64,000 nucleotides of DNA from Plasmodiophora brassicae. Lineage: Eukaryota. The number at the start of each line of letters is the position of its first letter. Positions within the stretch are counted from its first letter, which is position 1. Below, one piece after another: positions 46,277-57,600 of the stretch. The position numbers were made by a program, and so were the translations under genes. The stretch is from positions 1,240,001 through 1,304,000 of the forward strand of contig CP145410.1 of assembly GCA_036867785.1 (NCBI GenBank), read 5' to 3'. The notes below the pieces were generated by a model. The model ran no database searches, was not told the DNA's origin, and saw only the letters and a program-made list of their open reading frames with translations.

Positions 46277-48654
46277 TCATGCTGGTCTCGTAGACGGGGA
46301 TGGTGTGAAAACGGCAGCACCGTCAATGTCTCGCTCGGTAGGTCTCGCGCGATGTCTGTTGCGATAATGCCGGGTATCATTAGGGTCGAAACCCTTCTCG
46401 TCGTTGTTGTAGATCGCCCATGATGGTGTCGGGCACGCGTAGTCAGTCGGGCTAAACGCATCCCCAGACTGGCTCAGCTGGGAAAGACATTGCGTAAGGG
46501 AACGATGCTGAGCACAAAATGGGACTGTTTGTACCTCGTGGAATCGGTCGTAATCAATCCACGTGTGCCACACGCCGTCGACTTTGAACTTGGTATGGCC
46601 GATGACGACGCAGCATGAGTGTTCGTGCTCGCATGCCAAATCGTACTGGTCGTCACCGATTTCCCGGCATAACGCTTCACAGAATGATTTAACCTACAGC
46701 GCCCATTGATGAGCACCATATGTGGTCTCCACGGTCAACGGCCGGCAAACCTCATGGTGAAATGGGACGCTCTTCATCGTCAATTCTGAGGTTTCCCCTG
46801 CCCCGCAGAACGTGACGCCTTTGACCTCAATGAAACAAGGCGCACCCCGGGCCACCAATTGGGCATATCGAGCCACATCGTCCATGTTGTACCCTTTCAG
46901 GAGAGTCAAACGGAACACCGTACGCTGCTTACTCTCGCGAATGGCATCCAGAGATCCCAGGAATCTGTACCAACAGCGTTAGACCGTGTGCGACGTCTGA
47001 AAACAACATTCATACCTATCCCAGTAATCACCAAAGAGAGGGCGGTCGACGGCTTTCAACGTATCCTTGTCAGCTGCATCAATGGACACATAGAGCTGAG
47101 TGACGGGTCTTAGGGTTTGAATCAGATCAGGAAACTGCATTACAAGGTCAGGCATATTGGTCTAGCTCAATGACGCAGGCAGCAAGACCTGGGCATTCGT
47201 CACCAAGAACGTTGAGATTTTTCTCTCATGCATCATTCCAAGAAGGGTGTTGATTTCCTGTTGGAACCAACGGTAAGTTACAAGGATGGCTGCGTGATCG
47301 TATTGGGCGTTCGTCTCACCGGGTACCTGATTCGCACATGGAAATTAAACCGTGCCACATACCAGACGAGTGAGCGTGCTTACATTATTGGCTCTCCGAC
47401 CAACGACAGAGCGCAGTGACGAACGGTATAGGCCTCAGCAAGGCGATCAGGGAGAACACCAGGGACACCTGGGAAAGTCGGTTGTAAGACAATGACGGTA
47501 ACGGGCAACCAGAGCGTGCACCCTTCATTTCATTGATCATCCTGCAATGACGATCAATTGCCCCGTCCAGTATCTCACGGGGATCATCCATTGCCCAGCG
47601 CCATGACGTTCCAACTGGGTTGGTTTGATGCCGCCACTGCCACTCAGAAGGTTAGAAGATCACAGTATAGCACACGAGACAGCACGCAAGCACCAACACA
47701 AAAGACACATTTGTTCGCGCAAGCCAGCGATGGCGTCATTTCCATACATTGGTAGCTGTTGATGCCATAGAATGTGTGCTTGTAGCACCCACCACGACCA
47801 CGCAGCTGTGCCTTGGTCCATCGGCATATCTTGACCCCGGAATGGGACCCTACGCGAAAGCACTCAGACAAACCCCACACATGTGGCAAACAGGAAACGA
47901 CGCCAACCAATAATTTTGTATCCCTGCTTGGCCAGGTTGGAACGCACCCTGCTGGTTACCATTTCAGGGCGTCGACCGCCTGGACCCTCCGCGGGAGTCG
48001 ACATCATCGAACCCATGTCCTCGACATCGACAACATCGTCAGCAGCCTCGTCGGCGGCGGCGGTGCCGTCCGCGGCATCGTCCAGGGCTATGCATACGGC
48101 TTTCACCCAGCGACTGACGTCGCCATCATCGTCAGTTCCGTCCGACAGGAAGGGCGCTGTCAACTGGCGCCCGCGAAGCTTCAGGAACGATTCGTGCAGG
48201 TTAAGCGCGGCCAGGTTGAACCTGAGCGCAGCCGATCAAAACGGACTCTCCAAGCCTGATGACCAAAACCACTCACTGCTCTTCGTACGCGCGATCGCCG
48301 AGGCCAAAGACAGCGAACCGCGTCCCGGACAGGTAGTCGCCAGGCACTCGAACGTCCTCGACGGCATCTCGCAGCCACTGACAGAAGAACCGGGCGTCCG
48401 GCGGCGGCATCCCGCCCGAATCCGTCGACATCACCGCGAGCACGCGCTCATGGGACACCAGGTCTTCGGGATCGAACTGGGAACTGTCACAGATCGCCCC
48501 GGCATCGTCCGGCGGAGGAGCCTACCTTTGCCATGGAGCGCATTGAGGAGATTCTACCCGCGCGGTGCAGTTCGGCCTGAAGCTTCAGCGCGACGCGGCG
48601 CGCGTGCCCGGCACGTGTGCCGTACAGAATCAGGACGGCGTCATCGCCTGTCAT
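46277..48654 (-). CDS. TYW1: tRNA wybutosine-synthesising radical SAM protein TYW1 (flavodoxin + radical SAM)
   Basis: Flavodoxin FAVFGLGDRAY; GSHSGVKICRWTKAQLRGRGGCYKHTFYGI, TPSLACANKCVFCWRH, HCALSLVGEPIMYPEIN, FIEVKGVTFCG, ACEHEHSCC, WHTWIDY, GFDPNDTR. Confidence 0.95.
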
Positions 48655-48996
48655 ACTGTCGGTCGCCAGCTACACCTTCGCCTGCCACGGCTGTTGCTGC
48701 TGCGGCGGCGGCGTCCGTCCGTTTTGCGGCGCAGTCCGGGCCACCTCGGCAATCGAGGGTGATGCAATCATCAGGGACCCTTCAGGTGTCGCAGCGGACG
48801 ATAGTCGACACATCCATCTGCGGCATGCATCTCGGACGGAAGAATGACATTACTATGTAGGTAGTAGCCCGGATACGCAGTTTGCGTTTGGAGCCGGGTG
48901 GAACGGTGGGCATTGGATTGTCCGGTGCTTGATAGAGAGTCTTAGTATAGCGCGTACCTGCTCGACCTCCGGTAAATACGGTTGTCGTCGGACGTC

Positions 48997-50272
48997 ATGG
49001 CGACCGAACAGCGACGACGTCGTCCCGGTTCACGCGTGTTTATCGGGCCCAGCGAGTTCGTGTTCCAACAGTGTGCGCCGTGATCTTCCTTCACTGAGAC
49101 AACTCTGCCCGCAGGCGGAGCATGCCACCCCTACCGCAGAACATCATGTTCGACAGGCGCGTCTGTCGTGGTAGTCCCTACAAGCACCGCGCGCCAATGA
49201 ACAATGATGCTCCTGGGCGGCAAACCATCTCGCGAGCCCGGACGCGATGCTCGGCGCCACGGGCGGAGAAGGACACGCTCAAGGAGCGACGAACACAGAG
49301 CCTGACGCCGGAGCCGGTCCCTGGCCGTCAGCACACGACGGTCCAGACCAAGTCGTTCGTTGACGTACTTGGCGAAGCTGGCCCTGGAAAGGAGATGGCA
49401 GTGCAGACGGAACCGTCAGAAGACTGTCCTGACCCGCGCCTGTTCCCGCCCGTCCATACGGGCGTCAGTGTCGCAACCGAAATCGGCCCTGGCGACCTGT
49501 TCGACTTTGACAGGGAAGTCGCGCCAATCCTCGAAGTACTGGTCGCCAAGACGTGCGATCAGGCTGTCATGGACGTCGTCAGCGAAGAGGAACTGAAGGC
49601 CATTGAACGGTTCGTCGCTGTGTAACGCGCCGGTGACGCTTCGTTGGCTGACTCGGGGTCCATCCACAGGCAACAAGTACGTTTCGAGCAGATGCGCAAT
49701 GTGGAAGTCGCCGAATTGCAGCGACTCGAAGCACGCGAGGCGCGTTTCGCAGCCGAGAAGCACCGCCGCCTGGAGCAGGAGCGTGAACGACGATCTCGTG
49801 AGGTTGACGTCGCGAGGAAGATGGCGGCCAGGACGGTGGCAAAGAACACCCTCGATTGTAGGCTGTCCGAACATGGAAACGCTGTCTGCTAGCGACTGAC
49901 AAGGATCGTGCAGCGATGCAGCAGGTCGTCCTAGGGACAATGGTGGCCCGTTCCGCTTTCGTCGATCCAGTCGTGGACGAGGTCGAGCACAAGTTCATTC
50001 CATGGCTGTCAGACGCGGCCAGCAACGTGCTCGACGAGGCGGCCGTCTCACGCCAAGTCACCGAAGGCGTTGTCCTCGATGCGCTTGCCCATCGCCGCCA
50101 ACAAGACGACGCCATCACTGAGGAGCGACAAGGTCTGCTACAGACTATCGAGGAGGAGCGTCGGCGCATGGCAGAGCTGGCTAGGCAGCAACAAGAAGCA
50201 GCCGCCGCGGCTGCTGCTGCTTCTGCTGCTTCCGCCTCTGCTGCTGCAGAACAAGAGCAGGACAATGCATGA
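48997..50272 (+). CDS. RSP3: Radial spoke protein 3
   Basis: NIMFDRRVCRG, PGRQHTTVQT, DLFDFDREVAPILEVLVAKT..EEELKAI, FEQMRNVEVAELQRLE, FVDPVVDEVEHKFIPWL. Start codon tentative. Confidence 0.9.
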
Positions 50273-50298
50273 GGATGAATCTACATACAGTACATTGG

Positions 50299-51414
50299 TT
50301 AGGATGACCGCAAACGGCGACGACGTGATCCTTCTCCTGAGGCGTGCTCGCCGTTACGCTTCCGGTTGGGCGTCTTGGATGGCTCTACGTTGGCGTCGAG
50401 CAACTTGGGTGCGACGTTGCGCTCGAGAAACGCCTGAAAAGCAGGGAGATCGGCGGCGAACAATATACTGTGTGCCCATCCGGCGTGGTCTCCATATAGC
50501 TTGGCGAACATATCAGCGATTTGGCTGTAAAGGCGGTCGGTGACGGTGGCGCCCTGCTTGGGACGGGGCGATTCGAACCGATGCCGATAATCGCGCAGGG
50601 CGATCTGCAGGACATGGGTGTCGACAGGGACAATGTGCAGCTGGTCCAAGGAGAACAGGGCGACGCAGTCGGCGACCTTTCGCCCCACACCGACGAACTT
50701 GACCAGCTCGGCACGAACATCCTCGGCCGGCCGGGACCGAAGGCCGTCCAGGAACCCAGCGCAACGTTCCTGGGCGAGGATCCTTGCCGTCTCTCGAACG
50801 AACTTGGCTCGATACCCAAACCCAAGCGCTTTCAACTCATCGACGGATACATTGGCCAGTACGTCGACCGTCGGGAACCTGCGGTGCTCGACGCCATCGA
50901 CAATGGCGACTGGATCGCCGTACTGATCACGCAGCCGGTCCAGCATGGTCGTGATCCTGGCGATGTTGTTGTTCGACGAACAGATGAACGAGAACAGGCA
51001 CTCGACTGGATCCTGTCGCAGCAAACGAATGCCAGAGAATCGTGCAGGGAGGCGTTCCAAGCGGGCATCGGCCCCCGACCAGACACGGAACAGCGATCCA
51101 ACGTCGACAGAGGCGCGAAGAAAGTCATGCAGGACACGCCGAGCAGTGGATGTGGACTCTTCACAACATTCGCCTTCTAACAATGCAATGCGGAATCGGG
51201 CGTCGTCGATAACGGCGGCGCTCTGAGCGACCTGGATGACACGACCGTTGAGAACGCCGGTGAAGACGTCATCAGGCGGCGACGCCGACTGGCGCCACCC
51301 GAACGCCTGCCCATTTGTGAACGTGCCCAGACACCAGAACTGGGCCGCCGGAATGCCCACCGGCAACCAGCCCGTCCACTGGGCCGCCGCGACACACGAC
51401 AGCCGTCCCCGCAT
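50299..51414 (-). CDS. OGG1: 8-oxoguanine DNA glycosylase/lyase (intronless)
   Basis: GQAFGW, GIRLLRQDPVECLFSFICSSNNNIARI, LGFGYRAKF, HhH GVGRKVADCVALFSL, VPVDTHV, AGWAHSILF. Confidence 0.95.
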   Translation of the reverse strand: MRGRLSCVAAAQWTGWLPVGIPAAQFWCLGTFTNGQAFGWRQSASPPDDVFTGVLNGRVIQVAQSAAVIDDARFRIALLEGECCEESTSTARRVLHDFLRASVDVGSLFRVWSGADARLERLPARFSGIRLLRQDPVECLFSFICSSNNNIARITTMLDRLRDQYGDPVAIVDGVEHRRFPTVDVLANVSVDELKALGFGYRAKFVRETARILAQERCAGFLDGLRSRPAEDVRAELVKFVGVGRKVADCVALFSLDQLHIVPVDTHVLQIALRDYRHRFESPRPKQGATVTDRLYSQIADMFAKLYGDHAGWAHSILFAADLPAFQAFLERNVAPKLLDANVEPSKTPNRKRNGEHASGEGSRRRRLRSS

Positions 51415-51855
51415 CACCGCCAAAGCCCGATCTGGACGGCGCGTCGGCATCCCGAGCCCCGCGTTTGGCGTTTCTCCAGGTGTATCCAACGTCCCAGCAA
51501 ACAGACGCCATCGGCAAGTCGCAAGTTCCAGCAGACGTTCATGGCGCTCTGGACGCGGTTTCTGAGCCGAATGCGCTTAGGCCTGGATCGCGATGTCTCA
51601 GGAGCGCACGGCTGGCCGGCCGTTGCACTTACCTAGAGGGAGCGTCAACGAAGGAATGTGTGCCCGCTGTTGGACATTGCCGCGGTGGCAGACGGTTACC
51701 AGTGAGAAACGTGTGCGCCCGCCTGGAGCCTATACCAAGGCGGTATCTCCAGGAGGCCGCCTGCGCCAGCCGACAGAATCAAGCCGGGTTGGTCGGGACG
51801 GGACGGATCGTCGGGACGGAACGGATAGTACGGTGTGCGGCAACAGGGAACCATC

Positions 51856-53590
51856 ATGGCTGGCAGCCCGATTTCGATTACGGTGGTGCTCGAGGGGGAA
51901 TCGGGGCTGCTGGCCTGCCTGCAGGTGGAGCAGGCCCACACCGCCCAGGGCGTGAAGGCACTGCTGGAGGCCGACTGGAGCGTTCCTCGCGCCCAGATTG
52001 AATTGCAGTTTGGCCAGCGTGTCCTACGCGATCACGATCGACTCGATGCCGTCGGCATTCGTTCGGATGGTAGGCTTGCCGTCGGCATCAGTCAGCGAGG
52101 CTGCGTGGTTGACGATGCGGCGTCGTAGACCTGCTCCAGGCACGTATTCTGCAGGCAGCTCCCGCGCCCGCGAGCGTGCCTGCGGGAGGGATGACAATGG
52201 AGCAGCAGGCTGATATGTTGCGAAATCAGATCCGCTCAGATCCTACAGCGCTCCAGGATCTGCGACGTGTTAGTCAAGGAGAACCGGTTTGTCAGCCCTC
52301 CTCGGACTAATGATGTGCTTGTAGAGACATCCTGAAGCGGCAGATGCGGTGCAGAATGATGATCCTACAGTTTTCCAGGTAGTGAAACGCGGCTGGCTAT
52401 GGGCCACACGTTGGTCTCACTCTGTATGCAGAACTTCCTTAGAGAGCAACAACGACTGGAGATCGAGCAACGGATGCAGGTCAGTTCCTTGCGCTCAAGG
52501 TCTTCCGGGGAATTGTTCCTCAGAGTATCCTGTCAGGAAGCGCAACGGATCGCGGCGATACACGCCGACCCTTTCAACGAAGAGCACCAGCGTGCCATCG
52601 AAGAGGTGGGCGCCACAATGCCTGGTATGCTGGGTGAATATCAATGCGGGTGCAGGAAATTCGTCGGAACAATGTCCAGAACAATTTCAACGCTGCCCTC
52701 GAACACAACCCGGAAGCATTCGCTCAGGTTTGCGTATCGTCAGAAATATTGTGAACGCTAACGTCGGCCCGTGCAGATCTGTATGCTCTATGTCAACCTG
52801 AAAGTGAACAACAAGCCCGTGGTGGCGTTCGTCGACTCAGGGGCGCAGGCAACCATGTAGGTGTAATTGCGAACTGGGAGCGTTCGCCTCTGAAGCGATC
52901 GTGCCGCCCAGTATGTCGCTTCCCTGTGCCGAGCGCTGCGGTATTGCCCATTTGATTGATACGAGGTATTCTGGAATTGCGAAGGGCGTCGGTACTGCAA
53001 AGATCTGCGGGCGCATCCACTATGTGGAAGTCATGCTAGGTGATTCTTCTGGAATCTGCGGCGGTTTAGCGTTGACGTCCGCGATGCAGGAACACATTAC
53101 ATTGCGGCGACGTTGACGATTCTTGAGAGAAGTGACATTGAGTTTCTCTGGGGTTTGGACATGCTCAGGAAGCATCAGATGTGCATCGACCTAGAGAAGA
53201 ACTGCCTTCGGTTTGGATCAGAGGAGGTCCGCTTTCTCAGCCCGCAGGTACCTGTCATCTTCCTGTGCTGCCATGAGCCCGCTAATGTCGTTACCGTATT
53301 CCATTCAGGAATTGCCTTCCTGGGCGACACCTGAGGCCGTAGAGGAAGCCAAGGCCGCTGAATCGCCAATCGCCTCGTCTAGTTCGGGGCAATCGTCGAC
53401 GCCGTCTCAGTCGACGGCCCCAGTGGCGTCAGTTCCGACTCCCGCTCCAGGTCCGGCTCCTGCCGCCAGTAACGAGGGTGACATCACGACGCTAACGGGT
53501 CTTGGGTTCTCACGACAAGATGCGGTACGTGCACTGGCTGCATGCGGTGGAAATGTCGAACTTGCCGCTGGGCTGTTGTTCAACCAATGA
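51856..53590 (+). CDS. DDI1: DNA damage-inducible protein 1 (UBL - retroviral-like aspartic protease - UBA)
   Basis: UBL; ADPFNEEHQRAIEE; MLYVNLKVNNKPVVAFVDSGAQAT; IDTRYSGIAKGVG; GLDMLRKHQMCIDL; UBA LGFSRQDAVRALAACGGNVELAAGLLF. Confidence 0.95.
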
Positions 53591-53646
53591 AAACGACTTT
53601 ACTCATGTACAATGACATCGAGTATCGTTTGAGCACATCTGTACTG

Positions 53647-54147
53647 TTATGCGTGGGACGACGGCGTCGCAGCAGGGTGAGATGACGATGGCACTGATGC
53701 AGGTCGATTCCTGTTGGCGAACTTGAGAATATCTGCCATGACTGGGCTGTTTCGGATTGGCTCTGGCGGGGAGCTCGCTGGGTTTGTAATCCAGCTGACC
53801 AGGTCGGGGGATTCGTGATCGAGGACGGCTTCGAAGTCGGCAAGGCCGTCCGTGCCCAGCTTTGCGGCATTGGCTGATGCCCACGGCCCGAGTACGAGTT
53901 CCGCTTCCTTGATGCCGCACTGCCACGCTCGCCATATGGCGCGTTTCACGCGCGCGTCATGCGCCAGCGTCGACGCGATTGGCATGATCCGAGGGCAACC
54001 GTGTATGTTTTGGTATACGTTGCATGGGCAACCGCCAACCGGGCAACCGCCAAATCCGGGTGCATGCGGATTCCATGTCGAACCCCGATCCGAAAGACCG
54101 AAACGCATGAACCGCCGGCCGACCGAGTACGGAACACCAGACGACAT
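53647..54147 (-). CDS. SDHAF2: Succinate dehydrogenase assembly factor 2 (Sdh5/SdhE)
   Basis: VKRAIWRAWQCGIKEAELVLGPWA..LADFEAVLDHESPDLVSWIT..PEPIRNSPVM. Start uncertain (54147, 54108 or 53985). Confidence 0.78.
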   Translation of the reverse strand: MSSGVPYSVGRRFMRFGLSDRGSTWNPHAPGFGGCPVGGCPCNVYQNIHGCPRIMPIASTLAHDARVKRAIWRAWQCGIKEAELVLGPWASANAAKLGTDGLADFEAVLDHESPDLVSWITNPASSPPEPIRNSPVMADILKFANRNRPASVPSSSHPAATPSSHA

Positions 54148-54183
54148 CGTAGGAGCGTTCGCGAGAGGTGTGCTCGAGCGGCC

Positions 54184-54409
54184 ATGAACGTGATGGAGAT
54201 GTTAACAACACCCAATGCCAAGTATGGGACCTGATGTGAACCTCGTGTACTCCAGCTGAGTGTGGATGGCGTTCAGGATTGGGCTCTCGGTGGTCGCCCT
54301 CGGCGCATTGGCGTATTTCTATATGGACCACAAGAAGAAGACGGGCAAGAGCGTTCTCGATACTGCCAAGACGCCCGAAACGAAGCACAAGCCTGCGTCT
54401 CTGACCTGA
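54184..54409 (+). CDS. 56-aa single-TM microprotein (2 exons)
   Basis: GCCATG start; intron 54222-54276 GTATGG..TTCAG; product MNVMEMLTTPNAKIGLSVVALGALAYFYMDHKKKTGKSVLDTAKTPETKHKPASLT*. Confidence 0.6.
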
Positions 54410-54624
54410 ACGATACTGGATCCATTCTCGGGAGGCCAGACTTGACGTCTCTAATACAGCGTTCGGCTTTTCAGAAGACACGCCATATGCTCTGCAAGGC
54501 AGGCAGCGCAGAATGTATAACGCCAGTAATAAGGACAATGGCATCCCTATCGGCTGTACCGGTCTACTGCCGGATCAAACTATCGTGTCCTGAGGGGTCC
54601 TGAAAACCGCTGCCATACCGCGAA

Positions 54625-57600
54625 ATGCGTGGCAGCAAGGACGACGACCGGGATGAGGACGTCGAGATGGATGATGTCGACGAGGCCGATGAGGTCGACG
54701 GCGACGGTCTGACAATCATGGCGTTGGTGCGATGGTGGTTTGTGACGGGATGCCTCAGATGGGATCGAGGACCCGAACAGCGAACGGAATCGTCGTATCC
54801 GATCGCAGTACGCGCAGAGCGGCGTGATACGCAGGATCAAGCTGCTCAATTTCATGTGCCACGATGTAAGGGGTGCCTAACACTATTTTGCCGTCTAATT
54901 CTCTGATGACAATTCATTGCAGAATCTGGAGGTCAATCTTTCTCCGCATGTCAATTTTATTCACGGGTATGTTCGCCGATTTCAGGGTTTCGCGCAGCTG
55001 ATCCAGTATCATAGGGAAAATGGATCCGGAAAGAGCGCTATCTTGATTGCAATTTGTGCCTGCCTGGGAGTCAAGGCCAGCGATACGAATCGGGGGTCGT
55101 CCTTGAAGGACTTGATCAAGCACGGGAAGGACTGGAGCCGAATCGAGCTGACGATCATGAACGAGGGCCCCGATGCCTATTTTCCCGATGTCTGTTGCTA
55201 CGTATTCAACCTGTATAGTACGACGTTTACCCGCGTGTTAGGCATATGGCGACTCGATTACCGTTGTTCGGGAATTTACGCGAGCTTCGTCTACCAGCAC
55301 TTACAAAATCGTGAGCTCTTCTGGCGCAATTATGGGTCGAAGTAAGAAAGACTTGCAAGGTGTCTTGGACCACTTCAATATTCAAGTGGAAAACCCATGT
55401 GTCGTCATGAATCAAGATACGAGTCGTGATTTTCTTCAGGTTGCTGGCGGATTTGCCTTTGTAGTTGAGGCCTCAACTGAAACCCTAAAATTCAGTCGAA
55501 TAAGAACGAGGCCAAATACGAGTTCTTTCTCAGAGCGACGCAGCTAAAGCAAATGGGTGAAACCATTGCGGATATCGAAAGAGAAGAAGGTAAACTTCAT
55601 TGAACGACGGCTTCGTTTTCGGCTGACTTTGCGTTTGCAGCGGCGGCGCGGCAGCATTTAAAGTCTGCATCTGAAGTGTTGGAAAGCCTGGAACAAGATT
55701 ACCACGGTGAGGCTGATACAGGCACTGTCGACTCGGTCGCAAATTGATACCCGTCATTAAAATCTAGAAAAGGAGCAGCTGTGGAAAGATCGCACCAGCA
55801 TTCAGACGATCGACCAGATGGTGCGGGAACTTGAAAATGAGGTGCCTAACAATACTCTTACTGTGTGTCGTTTGTTGAATCTGATTTCGCTACGTCTTAG
55901 TGTATGTGGGCTAGATGCCACCACCTTCAGCAAGAACTTTCGACTAAAGAGCAACTGATAAACGAGTTCGAAACGGCGGTTGAAGCAGAGACCGTCAAGC
56001 TTCAGGACTTACTTGAGAGAAAGACTGCGGCTGTAGAAAAGCAACGTAAAGCCAAAGCCTTCTTGGATGAAGAAAAGGCCAAGGCGATAGCGGATACGCA
56101 GAGGCGGAACCAGTAACTACGCGTGAAGAACTGTTCGTATGACCATCAGTAACGGAAGCGCAACAGGTTGCAGGCGGACCTACAAGCAGCGAAAAAACTC
56201 GTAATGAAGTACCAGCAGCAACTGGACCAGTGCCGCAAGAATAAGGCTGCTGCGCTGAAGAGGAAAGCTCAGTTCCAGAAGTCCTTGCAAAAGCTCATTT
56301 CGGAGGTTGATCGTCAGCTGCGGCGTTCTCTCTCTTGCTTTCGAGTGACAAAAGTCATTCCAAATTAGGAAAATACGGATCGTGAACATGAAGAGTCTCT
56401 CAAAGCCAAGAAGCTAGAACGAGTTCAGAGTGAACAAGGTCTTCGGAATGCATATTTTTGACATCAACCTCTAATTCATCGTTCAGATGATGTCCGCACC
56501 CGCATGGCCGATGTTAAACAGCGTTTATCGGAGGCGTCTCGCAATGCGGACGCTTTGCAGGATGCTTACAAGGGAGCTGAGGTCCGTTCTGCTGCTTTGC
56601 GAATCGATGTTGTGATCTTAGAGCCTGCATCGATTTAGGCTAGGTCAAAAGACTGTAGAAGACGCGTGCAAGATCTCGAGAGTCAAAAGCGCTCTATGGA
56701 AAGAGCAGCTGCTAACCATCTTAACGCCTTTGGGCAACGGTTCGGCCTTCAGCCTGGTTTTCCGCTCGTCTCTGTTTTACACCTTTTTCAGCATGACTGA
56801 GCTCGTTGCTGTGATCGACAAACATGCTTCGAGATTCCGTGCGCCTGTTATTGGCCCGATCGGCGCGCACGTAACGGTCTTGAATGAACGTCACGTTGTT
56901 GCGGTTCAGTCCGCGATGACAACGAAACTTCTCTGTACGACGCTGCTGCCTGCTCTGTGCACCAAGAACTGAGTTGTTGTCAGGTGGATTTCTCGTCGAT
57001 TCTGATACAGACCAACAACAACTAATGGCCATATTCAAAAACTTTTTCGGACGCCAACGCTTTCCCTTCATCGTTGTTATGAAGAGATCCACCCAGAAGT
57101 ATGTATGTCTGGCGGTTCGCCATATTCTGGTTCAGTGACGCTATTTTGTAGGTATGATATTCCTCGCGAGTCACCATACGGAAATGTGCCGACTGTACTT
57201 GAGTCTGTTGAAATTGACGACCCATGGGTGTTTAACGCTCTTGTCGATCGTGCTCGCATTGAAAACTCCCTGCTTCTGGACTCTGTACGTTCGTTACTTC
57301 TAGTTGACTATCCCATTCCCACTCCTGTCAGGCGGATGCGGCGATGTCCAAGTTGAGGAATTTGGAAAGAAGCCAGCGACGCGGTGCTCTGCCCCGGATA
57401 TACCTACCGTACGTTCAATCATTCTGACTTGTGACCTCGTCGAGCAAAGTAACGCTTGTTCATCTCAGTGACGGCGATGTGGTGATTGGCAACAATGGCG
57501 CCATCACGGTATCGCCGGGTCCTCCGCGAGTACAAAAGATGCTCGGACGGACGACTAGCCAGGATATTGGTCAGAGACTGGTGAAATCACCCCTCTCAAT

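Noticed and set aside
19546-48654. ELP1 + TYW1 as a tRNA-modification cluster
   Set aside because: 23 kb apart with unrelated genes between, and they act in different pathways.
50199-50248. GCT/GCC-rich low-complexity run
   Set aside because: Encodes the poly-Ala tail of RSP3; ordinary.
52780-53250. Retroviral-like aspartic protease as an LTR element
   Set aside because: It is the intron-split protease domain of DDI1, between UBL and UBA.
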